Shown in pieces: positions 49,356-63,536 of a stretch of 64,000 nt of DNA (within the stretch, counting starts at the first letter, position 1; each line of letters opens with the position of its first letter). A program made the translations under genes and the position numbers. Source of the DNA: Pseudovirgaria hyperparasitica (Eukaryota); assembly GCA_010093815.1 (NCBI GenBank), contig ML996576.1; one strand, written 5' to 3'. The notes under the pieces are model-generated. The model had not been told where the DNA came from and searched no databases. It saw only the letters and a program-made list of their open reading frames with translations.

Positions 49356-50150
49356 CTCGATGCTTTTGGCGTCGGGGATCTTCTTACACGCTTTTTCTTC
49401 GTATGAGTTGCTTTCAGGGGGTGTCGTAGCCGTGCCGAAGTCGTTTGAGCTTCTTCGATTCCGCGCGGGGGCCTGCGGCTTTTCAGTCCTCCTCAGATTA
49501 CTGAAGTAAATGACGATGCGCTACGTATTACGGGTAATACTGCGATTGAGGAAATGAGACCTCATTAATTTCGATATTTGTCGATTTGTGTGCTTAATCG
49601 ATTGCGCATGGTAAGATCACGATGTCGATAGTTGCCTTCCTCTGCTCTTGAAATGAGCAAAGTGAAGCTCTGCACCAGGTGAACGTGGTAAGTGTGTCGG
49701 TCAAACGAGCATGCCTCAGACAGTGAAGAGCACTATCCGCCAGTGAATTCTGGGAGTTGCGGTGAGCCATGGTGCCTATGGTGAATTTCCATCAGTGAAT
49801 GGTAGCTAGCAGTTCAGTATGGATAGGTACAATGACGGCAACAGTGAGGCTGACTGTAAGGCTGAAGATGCAGGCCTAGTCTAGCCGCGATCACAATATC
49901 ACATTCCTCTAGTCCTAAATACAGATCGCTCAGGTCCAAGACGCCGTTGTATGACATTGACGAATGAAAAAAATCTATAGGTGTTTTATTCATCGGCCCT
50001 AATCATATTCAGCCCAATGACAGACGTTGTTCATGCAGGGGTATTTCATTACGTGGTCAGCTCCAGCTAATTTCTCACGGAAAATTCTCACACCAAGCTT
50101 GACTCCTTTTCAGCGTTCCTGCGGTCATATCGCATTCGGAAGATTTACAC

Positions 50151-51338
50151 TCAGTCATCGAGCGTCACATCATCTTGCCAGAACTTCGGCAAGTAGTATT
50201 TTGTGTTCTCGTAAACCAGGAAGGTGACGCATGTCGACGGCAGTACCCTGACGATGTTCGGGATGATGCCTTTGTAGAAACCCATGACACCTTCCTTCCT
50301 CCAGACCTGTACTACAACGTCTGTGGCACCGCTGTACAGCTCTCTGGCATTGTAGATCTGGAGGCGTGATCGCACGACTTGGTAGGGATAGGTAACACTG
50401 CCTGCAAATATCTTGGACATTCCACTGAGCGTCAGGTAGTCCCAATTGCTCAGCTCAACGCCGCTCCCTTTGTACTCGGACCGACGGTTTTTGAGTTGTT
50501 CGTACGCCACAAATTGGATGGCCCCATGTGAGACACCAAACAAGGAAGGAAGTAGGCCTCTCCAAAATCCAGGTATGCCCTCGGACTTGTACAGCCTTCG
50601 AATGCCATCGGAAATGCTTTTATAAGCACCTGGAGCATTTGCTCCTGTGGAGATCATCCGTGTCTTGATGACCCATATTGGATTCGTACATACGGCCGTC
50701 AGTATACCTGTAGGCCCATCAGTTTGAGATCGCAGTCTGGAATGCAAGCCATCTCACCTGAGGTCCCAGATGCAACGAAGTAATCCATAGAATGAAGCCG
50801 CTCTCCTCCGCGATATGATTGCATGATATCTTTCAAATTACGATACCTGGTATCGTAAGCCTTTGTAATATCCATGGCATGGACGTACCGACCAGAGGAA
50901 GTATAGAGCCCAGCTCACTGAGTTGCCAATCATGTTTGGCATGAGCCCTCTGTACAAAGCCTTGAAGTTTCCCTCATCGCGAACAATTTGGCGTAGTACC
51001 CGCAACGAGTCCCCAGGCTTACTCTTACGATCAATTTCCACTATATGGCATTAGCTCAAGCTCATTATGTTTGCTGCACTTCGTCCGCGAGTTGTCCCAA
51101 CATGCGGTGTAGGGAGCGGGGGGATAGGGCGGCGTAAAAGAACTAGAAATCCACGCATTCGAAGCCATCTGAGTAGGGAACCCAACGTACATTGTAGCCT
51201 GGTCTTCAGGATATCAAACGGGTGTACTGCCAACGTTGCAACGACGCCTGCTGAGAAGCCCGCAGTGGACTCTATGATGGAGGGGGGAAGGTTGCTGCTG
51301 GACGTTCTCCCATCGATGGGAGGAACGACTCGAGGCAT
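50151..51338 (-). CDS. FLX1: Mitochondrial folate/FAD carrier (SLC25A32-like)
   Basis: HPFDILKTRLQ, LYRGLMPNMIGNSVSWALYF, TNPIWVIKTRM, GVSHGAIQF, TYPYQVVRSRLQ; three introns. Confidence 0.9.
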
Positions 51339-51702
51339 ATCGGAAGCTGAATGCTGCCGATGGTCATGCTGCGGAGGCCGACGCTACCTTGTTGGCCATA
51401 AAATGGTGTCGTTGGAGGTCATGAATATGATGTATGAAATGGATGAGATGCGGGACACTTGTGAGAGCTACAAGCGGTGGTGAGGCTGGGCACGCGAGGA
51501 CCACCGGAAGCCGAACCCTTGGTGCCGCGACGGACTAACCAATTGCGGTTTAGACTTCCCGATGACACAACCTTATAGATGTCAGAGCGAGGCGAGGATC
51601 CATGCCAGGTGGAAGATCTGCACTGCAGTAAACATGTCGATGCTTCTATTCATCATCGTCGCATTCATTGATCAAAGTTGTACTGCTGACCTCCCATTTC
51701 CC

Positions 51703-54184
51703 TTAGCAACTCGACCTGCATCGGAACGCCTTGAGTGACATTAGCTTCGCCAGCTGCGAGACTAGAACACGATGATTGCCTGAAAGAAAATGTTTCAATG
51801 AAGTCGAAGCTTGCTGTAAGCCTGTAAAGTCCTTGGATGGGACAAATTGCCCAACCTCAGGATGCGCAATGGAGAATCTTGGTGGCTCTTTCAATGAGAT
51901 GACCAGCCCTTCAAATTGAGAGCCACAGTCTGGCGACGCCATGTGGAGGTCGATGGTCTCGATTGTACTGAAGGGGACTTCGATCCTATATCCTACTGCC
52001 TGCTCCATCATGTAATAGTATAGACCCGCGTCTTCTGAAGAGTAGAAAACAATCAAGTCTGTCGACCTACGCCCTCGTCGAGACCATGAGCCGATCCTCA
52101 CGGACTTGCAAGTAAAGTGCTCGACAGGCACGCTTCGAAGAGCGATAGGTGCATCTAAGTTCGTGTTATGAAGCGTAGCAATAAGGCTACCGCTCGTCAT
52201 TAGATCTTCATGGTGTTGTTTCTTTGTGGACACTGAATTGGTTTGTATGCTGAGGTCACGATTCTCTGTGAGCTCAGGGCCAGGCTCGCATTGCGGGTCC
52301 CAATCATCCATGGTAAGGCCTGCTCGGAAATGCTTTGACAAATGCCTTGCTCGTGCCTTCCAAGTATCGAGAGTCTCGGAACAGAACCCGCAGCGCCAAC
52401 GGTGTCTGGAGTAGTCTACCTGGCTCTGCCATTGACACGCCAGGTCATCTGTCATGGTGACCATATGGAAGCTCTTGAGATGCTGAGCGAGATGGTCTTT
52501 TCTAAGAAAGGTCCTGTCTCCACTCTTGGGATCAAGGCACTCGGATATACGGTGACAGTTCTCCGCATGAGAATCATCTGGATCTTTCAAACCACAGAAT
52601 ACGCACTGATGGCCATAGCCAGTCTTGCACAATACTCGAAAGCCATGGGCCATGCATGTGTATTGACGCATTGGCAGATGATTTGTCTCCTCATGTCTTT
52701 TCCATGTCTTGGCATTGAGTACTTTACCACAGAAGGTGCAATAAAACACAGCTTCGTTTGTCTTCATAGGGGCGAGAGGGTGCTGACGTATCATGGATAT
52801 CGAGCTAGACTGGGCATACTTTCGTCTTCTTCCCCGTTTCGGGCGCTCTAGAAAGAGAGTATCGCCCCCTTGGGAGAAAGCCGAGCCTTTACTGGAGTAA
52901 GAGTGCGCAGATCGAAATGAGCCAAAGACGGTCGGGCTAAGCTTATCGAATTCATGTAACCTGTTGAAACACGTCGAATATTGTGAGGTCGTCTCGGAGT
53001 CTGAATGCGTGACAACATCAACCTGATGCAGCCCTACCGGGTTGAGAGAAAACGTTGGATCCGGAGTCGTCGGCGCGTGTATGCCTTCCATAGGTTTAGC
53101 AGCGATATTCCTATCTTGGAGGTGCTCCCTGTATATAGGGATCAGGCAAAGAATTGAAAAGGAGCTGGGGTGGATACTTTACGTGCACTTCGAGATCAGC
53201 CTGCGTGTCGAAACGGCGCGAACACGGCCAGAATTCCGAGCACATATGGCCAAGATCTGCAAGCTCCCCAAGTTCATCATGATGTTCTGGAAGCTTTATG
53301 ATCGATGTATCCCATATAGTTCCAGTCATATCTATGATTTCATGGCTGTCTACGCCCTCGCATCTACTGTAAGACCCGGGGTTGTGCGAGTGTTGGGCAG
53401 CATGCTGAATATCATCCTCCGAAGCTCCTTCTTCAGAAGATGAAAGCCATCGCTCCATTGTACTAAGCTTTCTTCGTCGGGCGTTAGTAAACCATGTCTG
53501 TATCTGTTTTATCGAGAGACCTGATTGCGCCGAAAGCTCCAATTTTTCATCAGCCGTAGGATATGGAGCATCATGATGTGTATCAAGCCAGCTCTGGAGC
53601 ACTCCAACAGATTTAAGTGAGAAATTTGCTCTAGGTCGCTTTTGCTTGCGGTTGATCATTGACGCGATTGATCTGGACGGCTTCTGATACGCCGAGGTGC
53701 TTGGCATAGTTGTGTATGTGCTGCTCTGTGGTAGACTCTTTGGGTAGACATTCGATGTGCTGAAGCCGTGCAATGGAAATATAGTCGCGGAGCATGGTCC
53801 ACTTTCTATATCGCACATTACGTCGCTTTCGAAAGAAGAGCCGTACTGCAAATTCCCCAGTTGTACGAGCGCGTCGATCTGTTTGTCACGGCCCATGGAA
53901 AAGCTCGAACTCCGTGGCTATATACATACTGTGAGCAAGGCAGGAGTATTCTTACTCTGTTGGGCACTGACATCGACAGACAAGGGAGCCCAGTCAGTCC
54001 CACCTTGCATCAACACATCACTGTCTGCTGTTTGTGCCACAGCAGTCTGCGCGGGAGCATCTTCGAAGATGGTGAGGCACTCAGTTGTGAGAAGATCGCC
54101 GAAGTCGAGCTCCCAGGAAGTAGTATCTAGCTCGTACTGTGTTGTAGATACCTGTTCGAGGTCTGTATAGGATATTGTGTCCAT
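51703..54184 (-). CDS. TALE-class homeobox plus C2H2 zinc-finger transcription factor
   Basis: Intron 53971-53918; HHDAPYPTADEK..QIQTWFTNARRR; FYCTFC..WKRHEETNH, FLRKDHLAQHLKSFH, WRCGFC..HLSKHF; junction near 53100 unresolved. Confidence 0.75.
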
Positions 54185-54628
54185 AGTACCAAAGCTGAAC
54201 CTTTGAACGCTTAGCACCAATCGAAACAGTGAATGGATGGTCGAAATTGATTGCCGCTTTCAGAGATGTAATTCGATAAATTTGAAATTGAAGAGCTGAG
54301 CGACTGTAATCTCAGGTGCGCCGCGCCTATAGTCAGATGCAAGATGATATTGAAGGTGAAGCTGCTCAGTGAGTGAGAAGTCGCTTTGGCCACGGGCTTT
54401 CGTGAGCTGACGAATCACAGCTTTGAAAGCGAAATATCGCCCTGAACATCAAGCTAAGGGCCGCGGTCGGACACGCGACAAAACCAAATCATATTAAACT
54501 TTATATGCATTTGTAAGATAATTGTCTGCGAATCTTTGAATTTATTGGGTATGCTCTGCGCAAATCTGCTATCCTTTGTAAAGACAGGCTTTCCACAAGA
54601 CATCATCTCGGCGTGTTAGTGCTACACA

Positions 54629-56466
54629 TCAGCGATACCTAGCCTTCTTTGAGTTGAGTCGTGCCATACAATCACCAGCAGCAGACGCATCCTGAATATC
54701 CAGGTCTGTGATTCCCTCGTCATACAGCGAGGTTCTCCGTCTTCTTATAGCATTCACAGCAGTTGACTTAACAGCCTGTCCATGTCTTGCTCCGCGTATA
54801 TCCTCAGCTCCTAACTGTTTAAATCGTGATTCAAAGTCTTTGGGTTGATTTTGCCTCCATTCCTCTTGTTCAGGAACCTCCGGGATGGTCGATAGATTTC
54901 TTTGCGAGTTTGGATTTCCAGGCGCAGCCTTTTGCTGGAAGAATGGCGACTTGAATGAAGTGAGATCATCCTCTGCACCTTGAAGGCGTTCAACGAGTCG
55001 AAATACCTTGCGTCGAGGCTTCCATGAAGCTACTACGCGATCGTACACTGCTTGTAACTCAGTGGCATAACTTTTGTTGGTGAACCAGGGATGAGCAAGC
55101 GCTTCTGTGGCTGTTAGTCGGCTATCTTCGCTTAGAGTGAGCAGTTTGCGGATGAGGTCTTTCGGACGCTTGTTTATGCACGACCAGTTTGCTCCATAAT
55201 CAAGAACTTCGAGATTGCAACGAGCAGAAAGAGTGATGACATGATCCTTTGGATTCCTTTGAAAGTCAGGATGCGAACGATCAGCGAAAATTATGTCTCC
55301 AGAGAGCAGAGTAGCACATATGCACCCGATACTCCACATGTCCACCTTTGCGGTATAACCTGCATCTGTGACGGCAGGATTCTTAGAGTAGATTTCTGGA
55401 GCGCAGAATTCCGTGGTCCCCGCCAAAGACGTCATACGAAGCTTAGTCCTGTTTGTTTTTGGATGATTGTGGCTCGTAGACGGAGGAGAGTACCTGGCAC
55501 TCCCAAAATCGGTGATGATGATACGAGCGCCATCTCCTAACGAGGTCACAAGTATATTGTCCGGCTTGAGGTCACGATGGACAACACCTAATCCGTGAAG
55601 ATACTCAACCCCTTTTAGGATTTGGTAGACGAACGTACATGCCTCACCATCTGCGAGGGTACCATCCTTGAACTCGATGTACGAAAACAGGTCGCCACCT
55701 GCGACAAGCTCTTGAAATAGATATATGGTGTTGGTCGTCCAGAATACTTTCTCGATCGTGATGACGTTCTGGTGACTCAGCTGTTTGAGTATGTCCAGCT
55801 CACGGAAGGTTTTGCGAGCTCTGCTTGCAGACTGTGATGCGCTCTCGCGACTTGATGCCTGCAAGTTGATTGTCTTGCAAGCAAGTTGCTGGCCAGAAGT
55901 CCGCTCAAGTGCCATGTAAACACTGCCTTGGCCCCCTGCACCAAGCTTACGGGTGGAGATAGTATAGTGGTTTTGGAGTAGCTTATGCTCCTTTTCTCGC
56001 ACACGGTCGAAGTGATGTGACTTACTTGGGTTTGCTTCCATGAATGTCAATTTGACTGCTCCTGCTAGATCAAGTTCATCTCCATGACAAAGGAGTACCG
56101 ACTGTACTGCTTGTCGGTGCAGATGGACTTTACGCGGTACGTCTGGGCAACCAGATGTGACATGGGTGACTAGTGTTGTTCCATTTGTCGACATATCTTC
56201 AACATACACAAGCGGGATCGGCGCTGTTTCAGAATCATCGAACACGACGCAATGAACGCACAAGTGCTTATTAGAGATACGCGCATCGTCCCATGAGCGA
56301 CGACAGGACGAGCGATCCCTTCCCAGATAGAAGCGATCGTTTGAGTGTATGGGAATCGTAGAGTTAACGTCAGAGTAGAAGTCTGCTAATGTGTTTAGCT
56401 AAACAATTGTTGGACATAACTTGTCCAGTCGATACCATTTACCCGAAGGTAAGCTACTATACCCAT
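54629..56466 (-). CDS. MEK1: FHA-domain Ser/Thr kinase, Mek1/Chk2-like
   Basis: FHA motifs GRD..ISNKH..DMSTNGT; LGAGGQGSV, LACK, HRDLKPDN, TDFG, GTTEFCAPE, DMWSIG; one short 5' intron. Confidence 0.8.
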
Positions 56467-56882
56467 CCTCGATGGAGTGTCTGGCCTAGCGTAGATGATA
56501 TCTCGGATTGACGGAAAAAAAAGTTCTATTGAGCGGTGTATATATCATGTTCATTATTTAAGGCTTCCAAGCTTTGGATGTCAGTGTAGATCACGTGCGA
56601 AATTTCAGATCCGCTTTACCTAATAGAGACTAGCCGCGTCTCGCTAAACACCTCCGCACACAAAACGCCTATCTACATCACATCTCTCATTCTTCTTTGC
56701 ACCAACAGCAACTCATCCTCAATAACGACGTAAGTTCCCATCACTGCCCGCACCCTTCACTCAGACGTATCTCATAATCATGAGATAATGCTTGACTGCC
56801 CTGCTACCATATATCCGAGATTACGTACTCGCTCTCTACAATTGACAGCTAACATGCTCTTCAGTTTGTCTAGTTATCGAAG

Positions 56883-57011
56883 ATGAGAGCCAAGTGGAGA
56901 AAGAAGCGCGTTCGACGTCTTAAGCGTAAGAGAAGAAAGACGAGAGCCAGATCGTAAGTAATCACCAATTAATGTCGCCGATGCACCATCTCACAACCTC
57001 GTAGCAAGTAA
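56883..57011 (+). CDS. RPL41: 60S ribosomal protein L41 (eL41/eS32)
   Basis: Exons 56883-56953 and 57005-57011 give MRAKWRKKRVRRLKRKRRKTRARSK*; 5'-UTR intron 56730-56864. Confidence 0.97.
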
Positions 57012-57518
57012 ACGACTCGAGAGCTCTCGATCCGATGACCGGTTACATCCCCTGCAAACTCCGCGCAACGCCTGTTGCAACACCGCACCTCTGACGACGC
57101 GACACAACCTCACTACACTATTTTCCCGACAATGATCATGCGACGACTTCAGCGTCGGCCACACGATGGCTTGACGATGACTTTTTTCAATTGGCTGGCG
57201 TCTGGTTAGGTGCTTCGGATGCAAACTCATGGTGAATGGTGGGAATCTTGTAGGCAATGTTTCTCTGCGGTCTGACAAAAAGTCATCGAGCTCCTTTCGG
57301 CGTAACTTGAGTTATGAACCCTCTAAAACCGGCTTCTTCTTCGGATATCCAAGAAGTTTGGCCTTTGAGCAAGTTCGTTCCGCATGGGCCATATGTACGC
57401 AATATCAATGCAATTCAATGACCTAACACGACATGTGCACGCATTACCTGTGATTTGAGCAGAAAACAATGTTTGATTGACCTGTATGCATATACCTGCA
57501 TCCCGATCCCTCCATCCT

Positions 57519-59943
57519 TCAGGCACCTGAAGACAAGAAGTCATCGTGCTGTCGCGTGACCGCACTCGCTGGCGGTTGAGGCCATGCGTCCAACAAAAGC
57601 TCACTGCCAGTCAATGTCAACTTCAGCGTCGTCAGCGGCTGGTTGTCGACTTGTAACTGATATGTCCCTGGAAACAACACCCTGTCACCATTCTCAAGAA
57701 CCCGACTAAGACTATTCAGCGTCAAATTCAGGTGCGCCGTCTTCGTCTTGCCTGGTGCGATTCCCAGCAACCTCTCGTATGCAATCAAGCTCTTCTTCGG
57801 ATAAGGCGCAGGTCCATTGCTTCCTACACCGAAGCCCAGCACGACGAAGTCCGACGTCACCTCCTTTCCACTATTTGTGACCGCGACCGGCACGCTGGCC
57901 AATGGACACAGATCGAGATGCTTCTCCGTACACCCATCCACCAATTCGGCAATATCAAAGCTCAGAGCCTGCTCTCCTTCCTCGACACTCACATCAAACG
58001 TCGTATAATGCAGTCCCGATCCAAAAGGATACACCGCCTCCCCCTCATACCACCTGTACGTCCTCCCCGGACTCCCCTCCCCGGGTCTCAGCCTCATATC
58101 CGTCATCTTAACTTCGTCCACATAGCCCCCCGGATACTGCGTAACCGGCAGTCTTCCCGCCGGCGCCGCCTTCCCCGTCAGCACATCCATCACCGCCCTC
58201 CCCCCATCCTGCCCCGGGTACCCAGCCCACAACAGCGCACCAATCCGCTCGTCGTCGCGGATAAACGAGGAGTCCACCTGGCCGCCGCCCATCTGCACCA
58301 CTACCATCGGCTTGCCGTAGCCGGCAAGTCGCTTGATGACGCTGGTTTGGCCCGCGCCCCAGGTTATGACGTCGCGGTCCCGCGATTCTGCTTCGTTGCT
58401 GTTGTCGATGCCGGCTACGACGATGAGGACGGAGGCCGCGTCAGCTGCCGCCCAGATGTCGGGCCATGTGCCTGTTGCGGGATCGCTTGCCGTTGGGCCT
58501 TGTGCGTACTTGATGGAGATGCCGAGAGCTTGCGCTGCGGCGAGGGGGGAGGTGAGGTATGGTGCGACGCCGTAGTAGTTTCCTTGCATTTGGGTGGTGG
58601 CGTTGGCCCAGTTTCCGATCAGGGCGATGGAGGTATTGGGGGTCAGGGTCAGGGGGAGGATGCGGTTGTCGTTCTTGAGAAGGGTGATGCCTTTGACGGC
58701 GGCGGTGTATGCGAGGTTCTGTGCGGCTGGGGTGTTGACGTCGCTCCAGGCGAGGTTGCGGTAGGGTTGTGCGGCTGGGGGGTCGAAGTAGCCGAGGCGG
58801 ATGAGGGTGGAGTAGGCGCGGACGAGAGCTTTGTCGAGGGCGGACTCGTTGTAGAGGCCTTGCGTGTGGGCGGAGAGGAGGTAGCGTTGGTAGGATGAGC
58901 CGCAGTTTATGTCGGTGCCGGCGAGGAGGGATGAGGCGACGGCTTCTTCAAGGGTGGACGTGTAGTTGTGCGGGGAGAAGACGTTTAAGACGGCGTCGCA
59001 GTCGCTTACAACTAGGTTGTCCTCGGACGTCCAGTTCCAGTGGTCGCGCAGGATTGTCTGGAGGATGTACGGATCCGCGCATGTCGGGACGCCGTTGACG
59101 GCATCTACTCCTGTCAGTATCCAAAGCTTCATCTTCTTGTCTCCTTAGGGACTCACTGTACGAACACATCACACTCCCCACATCTTCGTCCCTCGCACAG
59201 GTCTGGAATGGCGGCGAGTAATACTCACTCAGATCCTGCATGCCGATCACCGCATCGAACCCCTTTCTCGAATTCCCAGCCCAGTCCTCAAGATCATACC
59301 CAGCCCAATGCTTACACGTCGCCACAACCTTCCTGTATTCTCCATCCCCTTGCAAGCCCGCGATCAGGTTCTTGACGTAGGAGCTCAGATGGAACGGATC
59401 CTCCCCGGGCGTCTCCTGACCTCTGCCCCATCTTGGGTCCTTGAAGGGATTGATATTCGGTGTCCAGTAGTCCAGTCCCGCCAGATTCGCATTACTGAAC
59501 GCGCGAGCCTCCGTACTCACGACTGTTGCAACGGCTTTGATGAGTGCATCATCAAACGCGGCGCCGATCAAGATCGGCTGCGGGAACGATGTCGCGTGGC
59601 TGAACTCTCCTGCGGTATTGAATTTCACACCGAGCGACTTTGCAACGCCGTGCAGGGCCTCGTTCCACCATTGATACTTTGGTAGGCCTAGGCGCGAGAG
59701 GCCCAGGGCTGTGTTGCCGGTCTGGTCTATCTTCTCATTGATGGACATTAGGGATATGAGAGATAGAGCTCTTGTTCTTGTATCTGTTAGGGTCGTTAGT
59801 GGCAGTGCCAGTCATCAGGGAAGTGACTGACCAGCAGAGGCATCGCATATTGTGTTGTTAGCTAGTGGACCCTTTGCACAATCTGGAAATGCAGCGTTGG
59901 CGATACCGGTGAGGAACAGAGCCAAGAGGGCGTATGGATACAT
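57519..59943 (-). CDS. Secreted GH3 beta-xylosidase
   Basis: Signal peptide; introns 59831-59784 and 59156-59105; WWNEALHG, WTPNINPFKDPRWGRGQETPGED, KHWAGY, SDCDAV, GYPGQDGG. Confidence 0.95.
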
Positions 59944-61084
59944 AGTGACACGAGGGAGACCAAATGGTAAGTTCTGCATAAGGGTATCAAGCAAAACTCT
60001 CTCTTCATCTCAGGGGAATCTTCTCCGGCCTTATAGACTCAACCCCCTAGTATCCCTCCTCTTCCATCCCTCCACCTTGGCTCCCTCACTCAATCAATAT
60101 TCACCAGATCATCCGACCTCCAAATATGGTCTCCACTATAACACTCATGACGCTGTACGTAGTCCAAAGTGTTAAATGAAACACAGATGAGATATGATTG
60201 GCTCGTCACACCCTGCCCTCCCGCAACTCGACAACGGCTACGCGCCGAAGATCTGCGGGATGCGGAGAACTTACCGACTGCACAGCAGGTATTTAGGCTA
60301 TATTCAGCCCATCGCCACTGGAAGCGGTGTCGCCGCTTGTTGACATTAGGTAATTCTACTATGATTCTGGGAGTGTGGTTTAGATGATACAGCCACTTCG
60401 ATTGATTGTGTCTAAGCAGTGTATGCGCAGAATAGGCAGGTGTTACTGGGGTTTGAGAGTCTTACTTCGGTCATATATGTTGCGGTTTTGGGATTGGATG
60501 GACAGATGCGAGGGTGGAGGTTCTATAGCAACAGGCTGCTCGAAAGGGTTGCCTAATTTCTCCGACTACCGGGTCTGCACGTATTCTGATATAGTGTCTG
60601 TTTATTACTACTTGTTGGTAGGGCACCTTCTTTTGCAGGTCTGCTTACATCTTCAGCCAGCCCTGTTAACATGTAGATCAGTGTTCAGAGCTAGGAATAG
60701 CATACACTTCAACTCATATATTTTTGTAGTACAGTGCGTGACGGTCGTCGATATGCATTCTATAGTTCTGTAATCCACACTAAATGGAATCAGCTAATCG
60801 TGAGTCTCCTCATGGACATGACTTGACAGACGGAAAACGTCTCATAGTTGCTTCCGGACTGACAACGTACTTTGTATATTTACCATCCAGAGTGCGCGAA
60901 CTAGCCGTGTATGCGCTTTCATTGCTATGTTCGTCGCCGCGCTCATGTCTTGCGCCACTAATATCAAGCGGAGCAGGCCAAGTCATGCCACACCTTCGCG
61001 CGTACGCAGTACTTGAGACCATCGAAATCCGTTGCTCGACGTCTCGTGCAGCCTGGAGTGTGGAATTCCTAGAACAAGCCTCGC

Positions 61085-62740
61085 TCAATCACTATCGCAA
61101 TCCGGCGTCGATCGTTTCCTCCTCAGCGCCTCCCCCTCCCCTTCTCCACGCAGATGTCTGCGCTCCACAACACTCTCCCTCGCACCCAGCCTCTTGAGAT
61201 CCCCCTCCGGCATCCCCACCATCTCCTCCGCGCCCATCTCAAGCCTCTCCTGCGCTGCCGCAGTAACCGCGAACGCACCGCGAAGCTGCGAGAGCTTCAT
61301 ACCCTGCTTGACGAGCGTGCTAAATACCATCGATTCGAACCAGAGGGCGTACATGGTGAAGGCCCAGACGAACTGCAGGATGACGACGATTGCGCCGAGC
61401 ATGCTGGAGAAGCCCCAGTAGTATTTTGCGTTGTCGCCGCTGGGGAGGCAGCGCGAGTTGGTGTCGATGTCTGCGGTGGGCATGCTTTGGTTGCGGAAAC
61501 AGCCGCCGCGTGTTAGGTTGAGGGGGTTGCGGCCGATGTTGTGCCATTCGTTGTTTAGTTTGATGGTGAAGTTTGAGGTGCCTGGTTTTTTTAGTACACC
61601 GTCACACGACATACCACGAGAGGCAGCAGGAAGGGACTTACAAGGTAATTCTGTGTAGGAGTTGTCAGTGTAGTTCGTAGATGGAAATGTGCGGTCTGTC
61701 GTGGTAGTGTTGTAGGTACCTGGTCGAATTAGAAACAGTATGATAATGAGCAAGACAACGTTACGCACAATTCACAAGCAAGGCATTCGGAACATAGTCT
61801 CCACCGTATCTTGGACTATCGACGACAGTGCCGTTCGGGAATTCACACGGACCTTTACTGATAATAAGTATCTGTCACAGCACAAAAGTCTGGGTAACTT
61901 ACAGGCCAGTCGGCGACTGTTCACCATGATGTTCATACCGGGGACAAGCGACAAATCAATGTCTGAGTCCGGGACACAAGTCCCATTGCTAAGACCGACC
62001 CTCTCTCCATCCTCAATGATTTGGCCCGCGTGGACTTCAGCCATGTCGATCAGACTCGAGTCCACACTCAGATACATCTGATTGCTGCTGACATAGCCCG
62101 TCATGGCACTCAGAAGGGTAGGCATAGCAAGCATCCATCCGATCGATATGATGAGATAGATAAACAGGGCCACCATACGCTTGCTTTTTTGCCGGCGGAT
62201 ATCGACCAACAAGGTCCAGAACGTCATGAGACTGCTTCCATCAATCGCGACGCTGGTGAAGCTTCGAAACGGAATAGGAGCAACCTCGATGGCGTGGATG
62301 AGCGCCTTGCTAAACACAACGTATGAGATAAACCAGGACAGCGCCTGCGCACCACGACCAACGCAGAGATCCCAAACGACGTCGACGAATTTCGCCGTTG
62401 CAAAGGTCATCTGATCAGGACCCAGCGCATCAATGATAAAGATACCCTGGATAGCGGATCCATTCATAGTTTCACCAAAGGAGAAATCAGAGGTTTGGCC
62501 CGTGCAATACAAAGTTTTGGGCGCCCACGGATCATAGGCCAGAATAAAGAACAATGTGAGCGGAATGGCACCGAAAAGTAGTAGGAGTGAGAAGGCGTAG
62601 ATGTGCGTTTTCAGAGGTTGGCCTTGCCACCCGTGGGTAGGTTGAGGATTCTCCTTGCTCCATACTCGTCCTCGTCGAGTCATTACTTTGGAGTAGTCTT
62701 TCACGGTCGACCCTATCGTGTCCCATCTCGGTAGAGGCAT
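61085..62740 (-). CDS. Hypothetical multi-pass membrane protein, three exons
   Basis: Several hydrophobic segments, FATAKFVDVVWDLCVGRGAQ, YYWGFSS; two introns near 61900-61850 and 61768-61720 join the two ORFs in frame. Confidence 0.7.
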
Positions 62741-63536
62741 CTTGTCGTTCTTGATGATGAGCTTGAACTCATGAGCCGAGCATATGTAGGCAGGTGCTCG
62801 ATGTTCGGCATCAAAACACGCAAAACAGAGACCCCGTCGCTGCGACTCGTGAATATATAAGATGACAGAGGTTCGAGAGGAGAGCGGTCGAGACCAGTCT
62901 CCTCAGTTTCAAGCATCCTTGGACTGATATAGCGTCAGCCAAGGCGATACCACTCCAGCTAGCACAGTCTAAACGTGGTTAGGACATGTGCAGATCGAGG
63001 CCAAGTTTAGCCAAGCGGGAGGCTGTGAATTCAATCCTTCGGACTTTGGGGCTGAAACTTGCGGCACGGCCAGACCAATTAAACGGACAAGTAATATGCC
63101 ATTGTTGATGTAATATGTCCAACTCTGCAGATATTGTATCATGGCATGAATCGGTGACGTCACTCATCATGATATGAACAGCTTCTTCGTAGACATAACA
63201 TCTTCTGCCAATGAAGGGGATTTCGTACGTCTCGTAGTAAGACAATGTCGATGGGAATCTGAGTTCCATCATAGACCCTCTGGCTAATTGTACAACCAAC
63301 ACACGCCCTGATCTATTAGCCTGTGTGCGCTTTTGTGCCTTATTTGACCCCGAATCAACGGTGTATCGTCTTTCCTGCCAGGCCAGCTGACCATCATAAC
63401 CATATGAACTCCACCCAATGCAATCATACAATTTAATGCCAAAGAGAGTGCGACCCATGTACGGCCATAATCGTGTAAACAGGAACAATCGCAGAACCCT
63501 ACCAACGCCGCGCTGTTTCAAAGTATCTATGGCGTC

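Noticed and set aside
56628..56665. URS1-like TAGCCGC and MSE-like CACAAAA near the Mek1-like gene
   Set aside because: Both are imperfect matches and short enough to occur by chance
56765..56826. C/D snoRNA in the RPL41 UTR intron
   Set aside because: Stem present but canonical C and D boxes and a guide are missing
60296..60309. XlnR-like GGCT sites upstream of the beta-xylosidase
   Set aside because: Only variant matches; not supportable without conservation data
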